DNA of 64,000 nt from Oikopleura dioica (lineage: Eukaryota; Animalia; Chordata): the NCBI GenBank assembly GCA_907165135.1, contig OU015568.1:14198001-14262000 (forward strand). The letters run 5' to 3'. Made by a program: the position numbers and the translations under genes. Below the pieces are notes generated by a model that was not told the DNA's origin, made no database searches, and saw only the letters and a list, made by a program, of their open reading frames with translations. Below are positions 1-12,500 of the stretch, piece by piece (positions within the stretch are counted from its first letter, which is position 1; each line of letters opens with the position of its first letter).

Positions 1-1010
1 ACAGTCAAATCCATCAAATAAGGATTCGTCGAGGATGATACAGCCTGAGCGACTTCATCTGTCGTCAGTTTTTGGAAACATGAAAGCTTGGAGCAGCCAC
101 TGGCGTTGATAATTTTGGAATTGAAAGCGACGATGTCTTCAACCGTTCGCATGTACAAATTCATTGGCGGACATTGAATCACTGCTTTTTGGTAGAATGG
201 CCAGCCAGATGCTCTCATATAAACCGGTGCTTCATCAGAAAGAAGTGTAGCAACTGTTAGTCCTCCAGCAGAATTTCCCATTACAGTTATTTGTTCTTTA
301 TCTCCGCCGAAACGGTGAATATTCGCGTAGATTGTCTTCAGTGCCAATCTTACATCTTGCAAGGCGAAATTTCCCTGCTCAAAATGCCCAATGTTTTCAC
401 TTCGATCTCGCCCAAGATACCCAAAGCCGTAGATCCCGAGACGATATTGAATTGAAACGACGATGATGTTTTCTTTTCTCGCGACATCGTCACCAACTGT
501 CTCATACCTCGATGCATTTCCACTAAGGAAGCTTCCGCCGTGAATAAAGACTAGAACTGGCAGTTTCTCAGTTTTTTCTTTTTTATCTGGAGCCCAAATG
601 TTCATGTACAAGCAGTCTTCAGATCGTTTTTCATCGGAAAAATCAACGCCAAAGTTTTCCTGCATTAGCTGCTCAACTCCAGATAGGCAGCCGGGTTTCG
701 ATTCCGTTGCGGAGAAATCATCACTCAGTTTGAGTTTTTATTTGTAATTTTTGAATCCTGAAAAAACTCAAACTGTCCTGTTTGCGTTTTCACTCCACAT
801 AGGATGGGGAACCGGAGGCCGAAGTCTCCTATCGCCAGTTGGCGGCAATGCGTATGGAATTCCCAAATAGGAGGTCAGGCCATCTTCGGTTATGCCATTC
901 ATAGGGATTGTTTCGGAAGCTTGGTTGTTTGAAGTTCTTTTACCAAATTTTCTTGAAAAGGGAAATGCAAGTGCAAGACCAACACATGCTAATGCAAGAA
1001 CTTTGAAGGT
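1..1010 (-). CDS. Type-B carboxylesterase/cholinesterase family, N-terminal half (continues beyond window start)
   Basis: Minus-strand translation gives a signal-peptide-like KVLALACVGLALA, then YLGIPYALPPTGDRRLRPP, SEDCLYMNIW (type-B signature), PVLVFIHGGSF (oxyanion hole), VVSIQYRLG and FGGDKEQITVMGNSAGG (nucleophile elbow GxSAG). One short intron near 730-775. Start codon not resolved (about 1010-1090). Confidence 0.92.
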
Positions 1011-1836
1011 TTGCTATCTGAACAAATTAAATATATTATTTTAATAATTATTTAAAAACCTTTCCTATAATAAACGCATCTTTCCATTTCGAAGAATTTC
1101 TTTCTGATTTTTCATTATTTTCTTTCACTTGAATATCTCCCGCAATAAATGAACTCTCTTCCGTCATATTTTTTTAATGAATCGTTACCACTCAAAATGC
1201 TGGTTTTATGTCGATTCCAGTGCAGTAATTTTTTATTTGCTACCGATGGACCTTGCACTACAAATATCGTGATTCACGACAGACAAATTGGCTTTTTGCA
1301 AAATCAGCGAATTCCGAATTGATCATGGAGTCTTGATTCACAAAGAGTATGAATAATAAAGTACTCAATTGATCATGAAAAAACATAATTAGGGTTTCAA
1401 TCGGGAAAACGGGAAGGAGGATGGTTTTAATTAATTCACCAGCGCGTTCCTACTAGTCAGCACAATTTGTTCTGATTCCGACGGTCGAAGACCATTTGGC
1501 ACGATATGGCAGTTAATGAACTGTATCGCACGAAGAAAAGTTCGCCCGTAGACGAATACGTACGAGTACGAAGCAAATAGATAATTAACCTTCATTGGTA
1601 GTTTGATCCCTTCCACAAGGCTTCTGTTGCCAAGAAAGGATTACCATACACTCGTTTGCTTACTAATCGATCATATCCGTCTAAACCGCGACTCAGTTTA
1701 GTAAGTTTGCTTACTGTCGGAGTATCAAACATACTTTTCTTATCTTAAATTGTTTCTGAAAAGGTTTTTCTTGAAACAGAGAGAAAATCATCAATGCTGA
1801 GAGAAGCTGCAACACTGCCGGAAAGACTTATACACC

Positions 1837-2108
1837 ATGGAACGGAACTCAGTCCTGCTTGGCTTTGTTTTCTTCCTCTTTTGTTAATTTTCTACAGGTT
1901 AAAATGATCTTATTTCTTTCCTATATTTTTTTAGTTTGTGGGTTTGCTGCAAATCAGCGAGGCTAGACAGAGCAGAAGGTCTGCGCAAACACATGGCAAA
2001 TTTTTCTTCAATCTACCGAAAGACTCCAACAGACTCGGAAAATCCAAACGAGGTTTTTGCTTGATTGCAACTCTCACGATCAAACTGTTTCCAAGCCATT
2101 ATTGTTAA
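1837..2108 (+). CDS. Putative 67-aa secreted prepropeptide with C-terminal Cys-ring peptide
   Basis: Exon1 1837-1866 plus GT-AG intron 1867-1934 plus exon2 1935-2108 gives MERNSVLLGFFVGLLQISEA-RQSRRSAQTHGKFFFNLPKDSNRLGKSKR-GFCLIATLTIKLFPSHYC*. AATAAA overlaps the stop (2107-2112). The splice donor was chosen by frame. Confidence 0.55.
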
Positions 2109-3126
2109 TAAATTCACCGGTTTGTAAACTCATTTCTCGTTTATTTTTCACAAGTACAGTAGCTTCACAAATCGCCGGATTCTTTTACTTTCTGATTCTT
2201 TGGGTAGTAGTTTACCAGTGAGTCTGCAGTCTTGTTCAATTGATTCTCGCGAGACAGGGCTCTTTTTCAAAGGTCCTCATTTTTTGTCGTCGTGTTCATG
2301 AATAGATTATAACGGTAAAAATAGGTATAGAATCTATACTATAGTCTATAGTCTATAGATCATATTTAATGAATTCAAATTTATTTTACATTTTGATGTT
2401 GAAATTCATTATATTGATTAACGAAGTTATTCATAATTTATCATTAAAATGAGACCTTTTCCTAGTAAATGGCGTTTCTCGACTCTTTCTACTAGAATTT
2501 TTCCCTGTCAGTTCCACAGTTTTGAGCTGTTCCTGGATGCCAATCTTCTGAACCAAGTCTTGGTATTTTTTCAGCTCTTCTCTTTCTTTCTCGCTCATGT
2601 TGTCTTTGTTACGTCTCACGGGTTATTTTGAGGAAGCCTGGCCCTCAATCGTCAATAAAAGAGCTCTGACTTTACCCAAAACTTGAGCTGAAGCGCGCAA
2701 GGGTGAGCTGCTGATTGTGCTCGTTACAAGACGCCACGATGACGTCTTCCGATTCACAGAATCAAAATCACTCTTCGATAATTTCAGAGTTTTCTCAGAC
2801 AATTTAATACAATAACACGCTGATTTAGCGTTTTCAGGATAAAGTTAACATTTTAATTTAACGAAAATGGACCTAATAAAGAAGATAAATGATCAAAAAT
2901 TATCATAATTATTACTGTAAAAAGAGCATCTTTAATTTGATTTGAACGGAATGAAGCTCGGATAAATGTCGAAACTATCCTTCCCGTTGGCATCGAAGTG
3001 ACCACAAATAGATAAATGGTTTAGCAGAGGAGCTCATTAGCTCTATTTAACGTTATTATCTCCTCGAAAACATCGGCCATTATACAAAGCTTGCTTCTAT
3101 CAGAATTTTGAGAACAAGAGAGCAAA

Positions 3127-3885
3127 ATGGACGTGACGGAGCAAGCAAGAAAGGGTACTGAAATCAAGGAAGAGAATTTTTGTTAAAGCGAGTTTAGATG
3201 TTGAGGCGCTAAAGGCGATTTTCGACCAATTTGATGTGAATCATGATGGACGACTTTCACTGAAAGAAATAATCACGTGCTACCGACGATTTGGACAAAA
3301 TCCGACGGAGGAGGAAGTGACCAAACGCATGGTTAGGGTTTTCGCTTTTTATTGAAATTTTTACAAAGAGATAGATGTAAGTGAAAACCTTCTCAAGCAA
3401 TTGTGAATCCAAATGCTTCCAAGCTTAGTTTTCCTGAGTTCTGTGAAATGATGGGTGACACGATCAATTACTACGACTTGGAGTTCTCGCTTCAGGAACA
3501 GTTTCAAAATAAAATTATTAATTTCCTGAATCCTAGAAATCCGTAATTGAAATTTCGTCAGAGTGCGTTTCGAGCCTTTGACGTCTACGCAAAAGGATCC
3601 ATCAAAGCGAGCGATTTAGCCAAAGCGCTCGAGTTTACTGAAGTTGATCCTGACGAAGCTGCTAATTTCATCCAAGATTTGGATATTGATGGCGATGGGA
3701 ATATCACTTATGATGAGTTTACAAAGCATGTAAGTTCATATCACCAATATGAAATTGCCGAGTTAATCATTATTTTTTAAATTCTTGAGAAGAAAATTCA
3801 TCTCTTTTTTAAGATTTCTGACTCAATTGTGCGAGAAGCTCTTGGCGTAAAATCTGAACCAAAAGCTCCAGAAGACATGGAATAA
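3127..3885 (+). CDS. Calmodulin-like EF-hand protein (multi-exon)
   Basis: EF loops DVNHDGRLSLKE and DIDGDGNITYDE, calmodulin-like GQNPTEEEV, LSFPEFCEMM and AFRAFD. Ends ...KAPEDME* at 3885. One junction near 3330-3400 is not resolved. Confidence 0.88.
3496..3561 (+). other. Non-canonical GA-AG intron in the EF-hand gene
   Basis: CAG|GAACAG...TCGTCAG|AGT joins DLEFSLQ to SAFRAFD in frame. The nearby GT donor at 3501 gives an out-of-frame stop. Confidence 0.65.
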
Positions 3886-4175
3886 TAACGGAGCGAATCT
3901 CTGTTTTTAGATATGAAAATAAAGCTCGGAAAACAGACGGGGTTTCCTTTTGATAAAAAGCGGCAAGTGGCAAGTTTTGATTTTGCCTCATTAACATAAT
4001 GAAGTTCTTGACCTGTCGCTTTTTGACAGGAGCTACAATATGGCGAAGAAGCGGGCGCGGAACTTAGTTCTCAGGGCTAACACCGTGAAACGCAATTTGC
4101 ACAAATTACTTGGAGAAAGAAAAGACTCATTTTTTGGACTATATTGCTGAATACGGGAGTTTATCTGCATGATTT

Positions 4176-5420
4176 TTAAGCAGGCAGCAACATTTTTGGT
4201 GAACGAACAACTTTTAAAAATCCTTCCACTAGGTCAAATCTAATCACGTGGCATGCAAGAATTCTAGGAATGAAAGTTTGCTTTTGCGCGGAGGTCCCTT
4301 TTGTCCGAGGCTCGGTGGACACAATCGGATGACAGGTCCTCATTACACGGCTCCGCTCAAACGGCGGCTGCATATCTCGGTGACAGCAGGGAAAGTAAAA
4401 AGTGATTGACTTCCATTCTTCGCCTGGATTTCTGAAGTGAAGCAAAAAAGGAGCCGAAATAGCGCGAAAAGCATTGAAAGAAAAATTGAAATCGGGTCCC
4501 TTCCGAAGTGAATTTTCGCCGAGCAAAGTTTCGTCTTAGGTGACGGCCGGCGCATAAGTCCACGCTTCATGCCAAACAACAAATTTCCATCGAGTAAAAT
4601 GAATGCACTGAAAATGGAAAAATATAATTCCCCCCCCCCTGCATGGTCATTTGCGTTTGGAAAATGGTATATTTCCTGGCCTCCTTTATTGACATGAACA
4701 CACGTAAGCATAAGTTATGCTGCATAACCCTTTAATACACTATTGATTGTAATCTACATGTATTCGGCTGGACATAATGGCAAAATACATTAATTCCCCT
4801 CTCAGGGCTGCAAAGGCACTTTCTTAGCGTCAACAGGTGACACTGGCGTGACAGGATCCGAATTTGAAAGAGCATCCACTCATCAAAATGCCCGTCTGGC
4901 CAGCTCAGATCTTCACTAAATATTTCCGTATATTCCGCTGGCTGATCGCCACCTTCAAAGCTGTCCTCGTCAGCACCGAATGTGAGTGCTCTTTCCAACT
5001 CTTTGTCAAGAAAATCAACATCTCAAGCAGAATCGACGGACAGCTGCTCTTTCTAACAAATGCCAACATAACGTTCGTGCTCCTCTTCGAACAGCATTTT
5101 CGACTCGATGCTGAAATTTTATGATCATAATGAAATGCCAACCCTTCAGTGAGGTTCCGACATGGGCGACATCGTGGAGGCGAGAGGAAGCCTTGGGAAC
5201 TTTCGGAAATGGTAAAAGGGATTAGTTACCATTTGCGACAGAATACTTCCTAAGCTGTGACTATTACAAAAGTCTCCTTGTAAACTTGACTATTTGGACA
5301 ATTTCAAGTGCTCACCGCAATCTGTCTTGTTTCAAAATTTACATTCTTTGGCCCAACTACTGAAGTTTTACCGTCAATCTTTGCCGCAAATCCGAGAAAT
5401 AAAATTCGACTGATTCATTA
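4176..5420 (-). CDS. Uncharacterised multi-exon gene, Cys-rich N-terminus then acidic region
   Basis: GT-AG splicing of short introns links SVVGPKECNFETRQIA / EVFCRKC / SQGFLSPPRCRPCRNLTEG / IESKMLFEEEHERYVGI / YVDFLDKELERALTFGADEDSFEGG... Start and end not resolved and no family recognised. Confidence 0.3.
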
Positions 5421-6511
5421 AAATAACTCTTGGGAATATCTTAAAGGCCGTCTATTTTATGCCAGTCTCTTTTCCCTAGCCAGCTACGACAATAAACACA
5501 CTTTGAAATCTCCCGGTCAAATATAATCGTTATCGCGCCGGGAGAGGAAATTATTTTTCCTAATTTTACTCCTTCTATCTGAGAAATTCTTTGTTATAGC
5601 GGAGCTGGAATGTTTATACGAGCGTTTGAGATGCTGAGCGATAAATTAGGCACGAGGGCTATCTATTTCGGCGTTCTTCAGTTTCGGTTCTTTTTTTTTA
5701 TCTGATACTCGCTTAATTTGCATTATTTCTTTATGATGGATCGAGAAGTTCTAGCGCTGCTGTAGCTTGACAGTTTTGGTATGCTAAGGGAGATCTACTA
5801 CCCGGCTGCGTGAAATTCCGAACAAAGAAAACTAGATGTGATTTTTCATTTTTTGTATTTTTTCTTTTGATATTTTCAAATGACAAAATTTGTTAATTGT
5901 GAAGTGTTTAAACTTGCAAAGTACAGGAAGGAACATTGAATAGAATGAATCACGTGATTTGTTTGTATGTGTGGCATAGTAACTTGTATGTATAAGAATA
6001 TTGAATAAACTAAGGGCTAACACGGGCCAGGTCGGCGGTTTTCAACTTCGGTTAGCGAGGGTGCGCCCGGTTGGCAAGTACCACTGTCAGATCTGTCTAA
6101 CCTACACCGGGATTATCTCTTAAACTGAAGCAATTTTCCCCGCCACCTTAGCAATAAGCGTGTTACGCGAACGTACGTATTCGAATTCTAGGGCGCGCAA
6201 AACACTTATTTTTTAGAAACGGAATCAGCTCTTTTTTGTACTTGATGCCATGGGTTGACGAAAAACCGCGGCAGCGCATATAAATTATGGAAGTTGAATG
6301 TGAGTTTTTAAGAAACAAAATGTACAATAAAATAATTTTGAACCGTGTGCTTCTATCTACAAATCGACCCGAAGGAAGTTAAAATAGTAATATAAGTAAA
6401 GTTATTTTGAACCGTCACTTTGAAGCACCGCGCGATGACTCATCCACGGTGCATCTGAGACCGAGGAAAGGGTCGGACTCAGTGGCCGGGGTCATCGGGC
6501 GGAGTTGGCAG

Positions 6512-9500
6512 TCAACAGCTGTTCGAGAGGGAGGTGAGATCTGGGGGCAGTGTTGGAATCGACGGGTAGCCATGGGGGTTGCCGATGCCGTGCAGGCCGC
6601 CACCGCCGCCAAGCATCGAGTGATGATTCGGGAGCTGGCCGGAGCCGAAGGCCGAGAACATGTTCGTCATGCCACCATCGCGAGAAATTGGAGGCATCGG
6701 CGGTGGAGGCATTGCGGGAAGTGAGTGTGGTGGGAGACCCATGCCTGAGCCCATTCCTCCTCCGAATCCTAAAGTATTGTTTTACCCTTTTGAATCAAAA
6801 ATTAAGAGTCCTACCTTGAAGTCCAGGATGCATCGGATGAGGGAATACTCCCATTCCTGGGCCATAAGGATCTGGAGATGGATAAGAACCAGTGGTGTAA
6901 GGCGCCACTAGAAAAACATGAGTTTTCACATCTTCGAATGTTTTTAGGAATCGAGTGAAATTCCAAGTTTTGACACTTACTTGCTCTATTGGAGGAATCG
7001 ATCATGGGTTGAACAATCCGACGACGTGCGTTGATAAACCTAAAATGATAAATGACATTTGTCCTGTCTTAATATTTTGTGCTTGTTGGACAGCTCCATG
7101 TCTTCTAATGACTATTGTGGCGTAACAAATGTCGCCTTGTGTCAACATGAGGGCTGTCCGTGAAGCAAATGGTCAACTTCAACTTTGGTTTCACTTACCA
7201 ATTGTTAACCTGGAGAATCGTGAGTCCAGTTTGTTGGCTCAGGTTCTTTTTCTGTTCTTCAGATGGGTATGGATGCTGAAATATGAATTAGTCGGTGAAC
7301 AGTGCGCAAATTTGAAAAGACTTTGTATCCATATCCGTAAGTAAGAGAGGTATTAAAAATATATTAATCCAATACAACAAAACGCTTCAGTGCAAAAATC
7401 GATAACCTACTAGCTGTTATTCTTGTGAACACAACCATTGCTGTCTTATTTACTAAGAAATAGCTATTTCAAAACCGATCTTCAGGTCTATTGACTCTTG
7501 GTTAAATCGATCCTAAAAGCCGGATTTTATGGAATCTGTGATCAACGTCGGCTTTTGCGTTACTCGAAAACATTCGACAAATGATAAATTAAAAATAACT
7601 AAAGGCAGAAGTCTTTCCTACTTACAGTCAGGTTCTGGAAAAGCCAGGCTCGAAGTATGTTAGTTGCTTGTTTGGGGAAGATGCCTCGTTTCTTAGGTTG
7701 AGGTTTTTTGTCATCTTTGTCTTCTTTTTTGACGCGTTTTGACGAGCTGGATGGCGTGTCATGTGAATCAGAGGTAGAGTCTCTTTTTCGTGAATTGGAT
7801 GAACTGTGCGTTACTGAGCCGGAGCTCGAGGTTGGTGGTGGTGTTTTTGTGGCCAGGGATGAGGCTGATGGAGAGGGTTCCAATGTTGACAAGGTAGATG
7901 AGGAGATGGGCGGGTGGCCGGACATAGACTGGACCAAAGATGGTGTAGTCAGAAGAGAAGGTGACGTCGCGTGCAGCGTAGAAATTCCATCGATGTCGCC
8001 GACAGTTGAGGGATACTCGCTTGGATCGGAAGTGAAGACGCCAAGTCGGTTGTTCTCCGACACAGGTTCGAGCTTAGTGTGCTCAATGTGCTCCACTGAA
8101 GAAAAATGTTACGGATTAGGATCAAACGACGTTGAAAAAGAGGAAGTAGGGATAAGTCTGTAAGTCCCTGGCGCGCTCTTGGCATATCCATTGAGGAAGT
8201 GCCAATGTGGTAAAATACCAAAAGGGATTCTGTTCAGTGCTGAATTATCCGTTTGACCTTCATGATTTCCCACCCGAATTATCAGCGCTTTGCCAAGTTT
8301 ATAATCACCGTATTTACGTTTTACTGATGGAGACTGCAAAGGAATGTACTTTGAAGAAGAGGAACCGCTTGACTCGAGCTCACTCAACGAAGGAGCTTCT
8401 GAATAGCAAAATTCGTTCGCTGTTTTTGAAAATAAAATAAAAACTTACGGGGAGTAAGACTGTGTAAATTTAAGTCAATTTGGTCATGATGGCTCATGGA
8501 TCCGACCACTCCCTCGATCATAACTGGGTGGTGAGTCCATGGACTAAGTCCAGAGGAAGCACTGAGACCAGAGATCGAGGAACTCACTGATGGAGACGGC
8601 CCCGCTGAGGTGGAGACCGCCTGTGAGACTGAAATTGGAGTGGAAGGGAGCGACGATGGAACCTGGTGGATCGGTTCCATCTTTAAAGTCTGTACTGGGG
8701 ATGCGTGTTCGGAGGGCTGGAGCATCTCTGGGCTGGGTTTGTGGGCCGTACTACCCAGCGGAGCGCGCGGCTGGCACTCCCTGGGTAGCTCTGCTCTCTC
8801 GTAGGAAATGATCTCGGTGTGGACAATGTCGGCGGGAGCACCACCGACTTCTTCAATCTCTAAGCTGATGCCTGACTGTAGCTGTCACTGACTGGGCACA
8901 AGTTGTCAGGCTGCCTGTCACGGGCACGTCAACAGCTAGGCTGAGCTCGCTTTGGCTGCTCGGGCTGCTGGTTTGGGCACGCTACGGGTGTGTGTGCGCG
9001 TTGATAGTTGTGCCGAAGGAAAAGTGTACAAATAATCTGCTCGGGCGCTGCTACCGTCTGTCAAAAACTGGCAGCTCTTCGCATTCGAGCGGCCTCTAGA
9101 AGTCAACCGGCTCATCCTCAACGAGCGCTACGCTGGCCGCTCGACAGCGCCGCCCAGCAGAACGGGCTCCCCACTCCTGCATCTTGCCAGGGACCGAAGT
9201 CAAGCGCTGGGTACAATGTCGAGGAGTGAGTGCACTGGAGCGCCCTCAAAGACCAACCAACGAAGCAAGGGCTTGGTCAAATCAGCTGTCAGCTTGCTTC
9301 AGTTCTTGACAAGCAAGGTATTCTTCTCTAGACATGAACTTTATAAGCGGATAGTCCGAAGACGCGAAGACAGCTCGAACTTGATCATCCTCTATTTCGC
9401 GATTTTCTATGCAGAATTTTCAAAGTGAAAGCGATAGAAGCCAGCGATAGAAGATGAAATAGAAACGAATAAATATTTAAACCGTTTTTATCGAAGGAAC

Positions 9501-12500
9501 AACAGGGAAGGAAACGAAGAAGAAACTCGGAAGCGCAAAATTATTTAAAATTTAAAGATAAGGCAGCCCGTCGCCAAAACATGACAGAATCTAGTGCGCT
9601 TATCAGCGCTAGCGCTGACGGCCTCGCCTTTCCCAGGCGGTCATTTTTTGTGCAAATGACTTTCAATTATTTTTTCTCCTCGAATTTGTGTTCAAAAATC
9701 GGAATCATCAATGCTCGATAAGTATTTTCGTCCGGAAACACAGATCCATTGACAAAAATTCCTGTTGATTCCCGACTTCTAACACGGGTGATAAATTAAC
9801 GGGGATGTTGGCCAGGTAGAAAATTCCAAGCAATTATCGTTTTCGGGGTGTCGTAGGAATTGTAATCAAATTGTCAAAAGTTTACAATCGGGGGACTGAG
9901 CCAAAGGTGTGTTTTCGCGCTTCAGGAGTTCGTTGAACCGGACGAGCGATGATCACGTGATCACAGCCCAGCGGATTTCCGGTTTTTACGATTGCTTGTC
10001 TAACTTGTCAAGGCAAAATCGTCTTTTGGGCTTTTATGTTGCCAGTATTTACACGTTTTGGTTTCATTAATGTTCTCTTTCAACTTTCACGTCGGTCAGG
10101 ATTTCAAACCAGAATCACCGATTTGGAAAAAATAACTTACTTCCTTTATTGACAATAACTTCAATATTCGTAGCATACGAGCATATGCTGTAGTAATAAA
10201 TTAAACTTTTACCTTTCGGAAAACCGTCTTGAGACATCGCGCTGCTGGAGTTGTTCGCCCTCGGACTTCCGGGCTCACCTTCGGACATTTGCTTATCCGA
10301 CGCTGCGGGGCTGAAGCCCAATCCCTATAAAACAAATCGTTAGGATGCAGGATAAGCAGGAAGCGACGAAAACGGTGAAAATCCATACTTTCCGTTTTCG
10401 ACAAATTTTCAGTAGAATCGTTTAACACAGCAGGGCGCATTTTTCTCGATAAACAAAATTTTAATTTTGACGAAAAAAAATTGCTTTAGTATCAATCCGC
10501 ATTTGCTTGGATCAAGTGGTTGAAATTAGCAAAAGAGCCTTTATCGGTAGTTTGAATTTTAGTCAAGCTCATTTGCTCCAGGAATAGATAGTGCCCAAGT
10601 ACACTTCAAGCGCATTAGTGCTATTTATGAAGGACTTGGCGGAGGATTATTTTTGCACCACTCGGCACCCATCGGAAGTAGATTTAAGCGAGATTAGATC
10701 ATTTCTATCTGAACAAAAACAAGACCAGATAAGATTTGAATATTTTAATTCGCTTCTTTCTTGGCGCATATGGCCAGTTCAATATCTTTGTTGTCAGATC
10801 AGGGGTCGACTTTCTGTGGCGAAGAAATATGCACAATATTGCTGAATATTTATTCTGCTAATGGGACACCTGTCGGGGTAGAGAATAATCCAATTATAGG
10901 CAGTGGCGAGTACAGGCCAGCTTCCGAGCATCTCGCTACAGGGGGCCGGCTCATTATACGCTTGTGTCGATTTGGCACCGAAATCATTAAGCACTAATTA
11001 GCCGCCCATCAACAACAGCAGGTACTGAGTCAGTTCTTCAATCAGCTTTCAACAATTTACATTTCAATCTCCTCCTTGAAGAATAATATTCAACGGTGGA
11101 AGCTTTCTGAGTAATATTTGGGCTAATCCGGAATAGCATTTTTGGCGTGAGAAAGAAAGAGCGAGAAACGCGCGTATTTTTAAAATTATTTTTCAAATGC
11201 ATTCGTGACTCGCTTCGCGAAAAAAAGTTGCTCGAATTTATTATCACGTGCTAATTTCCTCCGGGCGCTGCTTCCCGGATCCTGCTTGATCTCCTTGCTC
11301 GTGGTGGGAACTAAACAAATGTGCACCTATCAATACACCAGCAAGTTCCATTCACCTTCTCGATTAGCTACCTAACGAGGAACAACTGCGCCAAGATGAA
11401 TAAACAATTTATACGTCTTTATCAGATCTGAGAAGCTTCTTTTTCTTCTCATTTATGAGCGTGAACTCTTTCAGCAATAATAAAAAGGAGCTCATTAGAA
11501 TGGAAATTAGGGATCAATGGCTTGACAGGCCTGAAATTGCCCAGCTAACGTCAATGATGAAAACGCAGCGTAAATGAGTCTACTTGTGCTTTTAGTAGAT
11601 TGTACTTTCCCGGATTAGCTGCACTGATGATTTCCTACAAATTTCTAGCTCTTGAGATGAACTCATTTTTCAAGCGCCACTAATCCGCAAATATTTACAA
11701 ATCTGATTCCCTCTTTTTTTTCTCGAATGAACGAAGAAAACCGACTGTTAGCTGGCTCATTTGTTTCTGGAAGGAGTAAGGTATCAAAAATGAAAATTTC
11801 ATGGGCGGGATAAGCCGCGCAGCGAAGGTATCCACTTTTGAATATTGCCTGTCAGATCTGCGGCGGAAATTGAGCCCTGAAATCGGCCAATTTCAACGGC
11901 TCATCTTCCAGAGCATAAGTTGCCAATTGGAAAGTTAATCTTTATTGCTAACCCGGTTATGATTCATTATCGAAGAGTATTTCTATCATTCTTGATCCAA
12001 GATTATCAACAAAACCTCGTAGGGATGGCGCAAGATTGTCAATTTTCTCGGACTCAGAGATGCTAAAAAATCGCCAATAAAATTGACGGGAAAAGGCATG
12101 TAATGATCAAAGACTCCATATTCAAGTACTCAAAACTGTAATGAGGTGTGATCATTCCCGCGGCGTTATATTTCCCAAGCTGTTGAAGCGCGTGAAATTG
12201 TATTTTGGATGAGCACTCGATCGAATTGATTATCTGTTTTAATCCTTTTTATTTAGTATTCGGGCATTATTCTTTCAAACTAAGGGAAGCGGGGGCTCTT
12301 CTTAATGAGCCGCTTCAAGTTGACAGTCGCCCATCGACCCGCCGCGGATCACTGGAACTCGTCAAATGCATCTCGAAAGAATCGCAATTAATTATTTACC
12401 CCTGGGAATGAGTTACGTTTCATTGTTCTTATTTGATTTAAGAGACATAAATAATTGAAACCGTTTTTCCAAGAATCCTCGATTTCACAAAATCAACGAT

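Noticed and set aside
265-282. GNSAG instead of GESAG in the esterase
   Set aside because: The catalytic Ser and oxyanion motif are intact, and variation at this position is common in the family.
1441-1735. Compositionally distinct segment as a possible ncRNA
   Set aside because: No recognisable tRNA, snRNA, SL RNA or miRNA hairpin features.
2431-2619. Charged 55-62 aa minus-strand ORF
   Set aside because: No family recognised and upstream splices hit stops in all frames. Left unannotated.
9290-9420. Intronic minus frame [18 protein letters not shown] resembling MEINOX/KNOX
   Set aside because: The true HM1 exon lies at 15650-15791. This frame ends in a stop and has no clear start.
10761-10997. 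[11 protein letters not shown] resembling a retroviral integrase core motif
   Set aside because: No flanking D,D(35)E context, no long ORF and no LTR. Likely chance.
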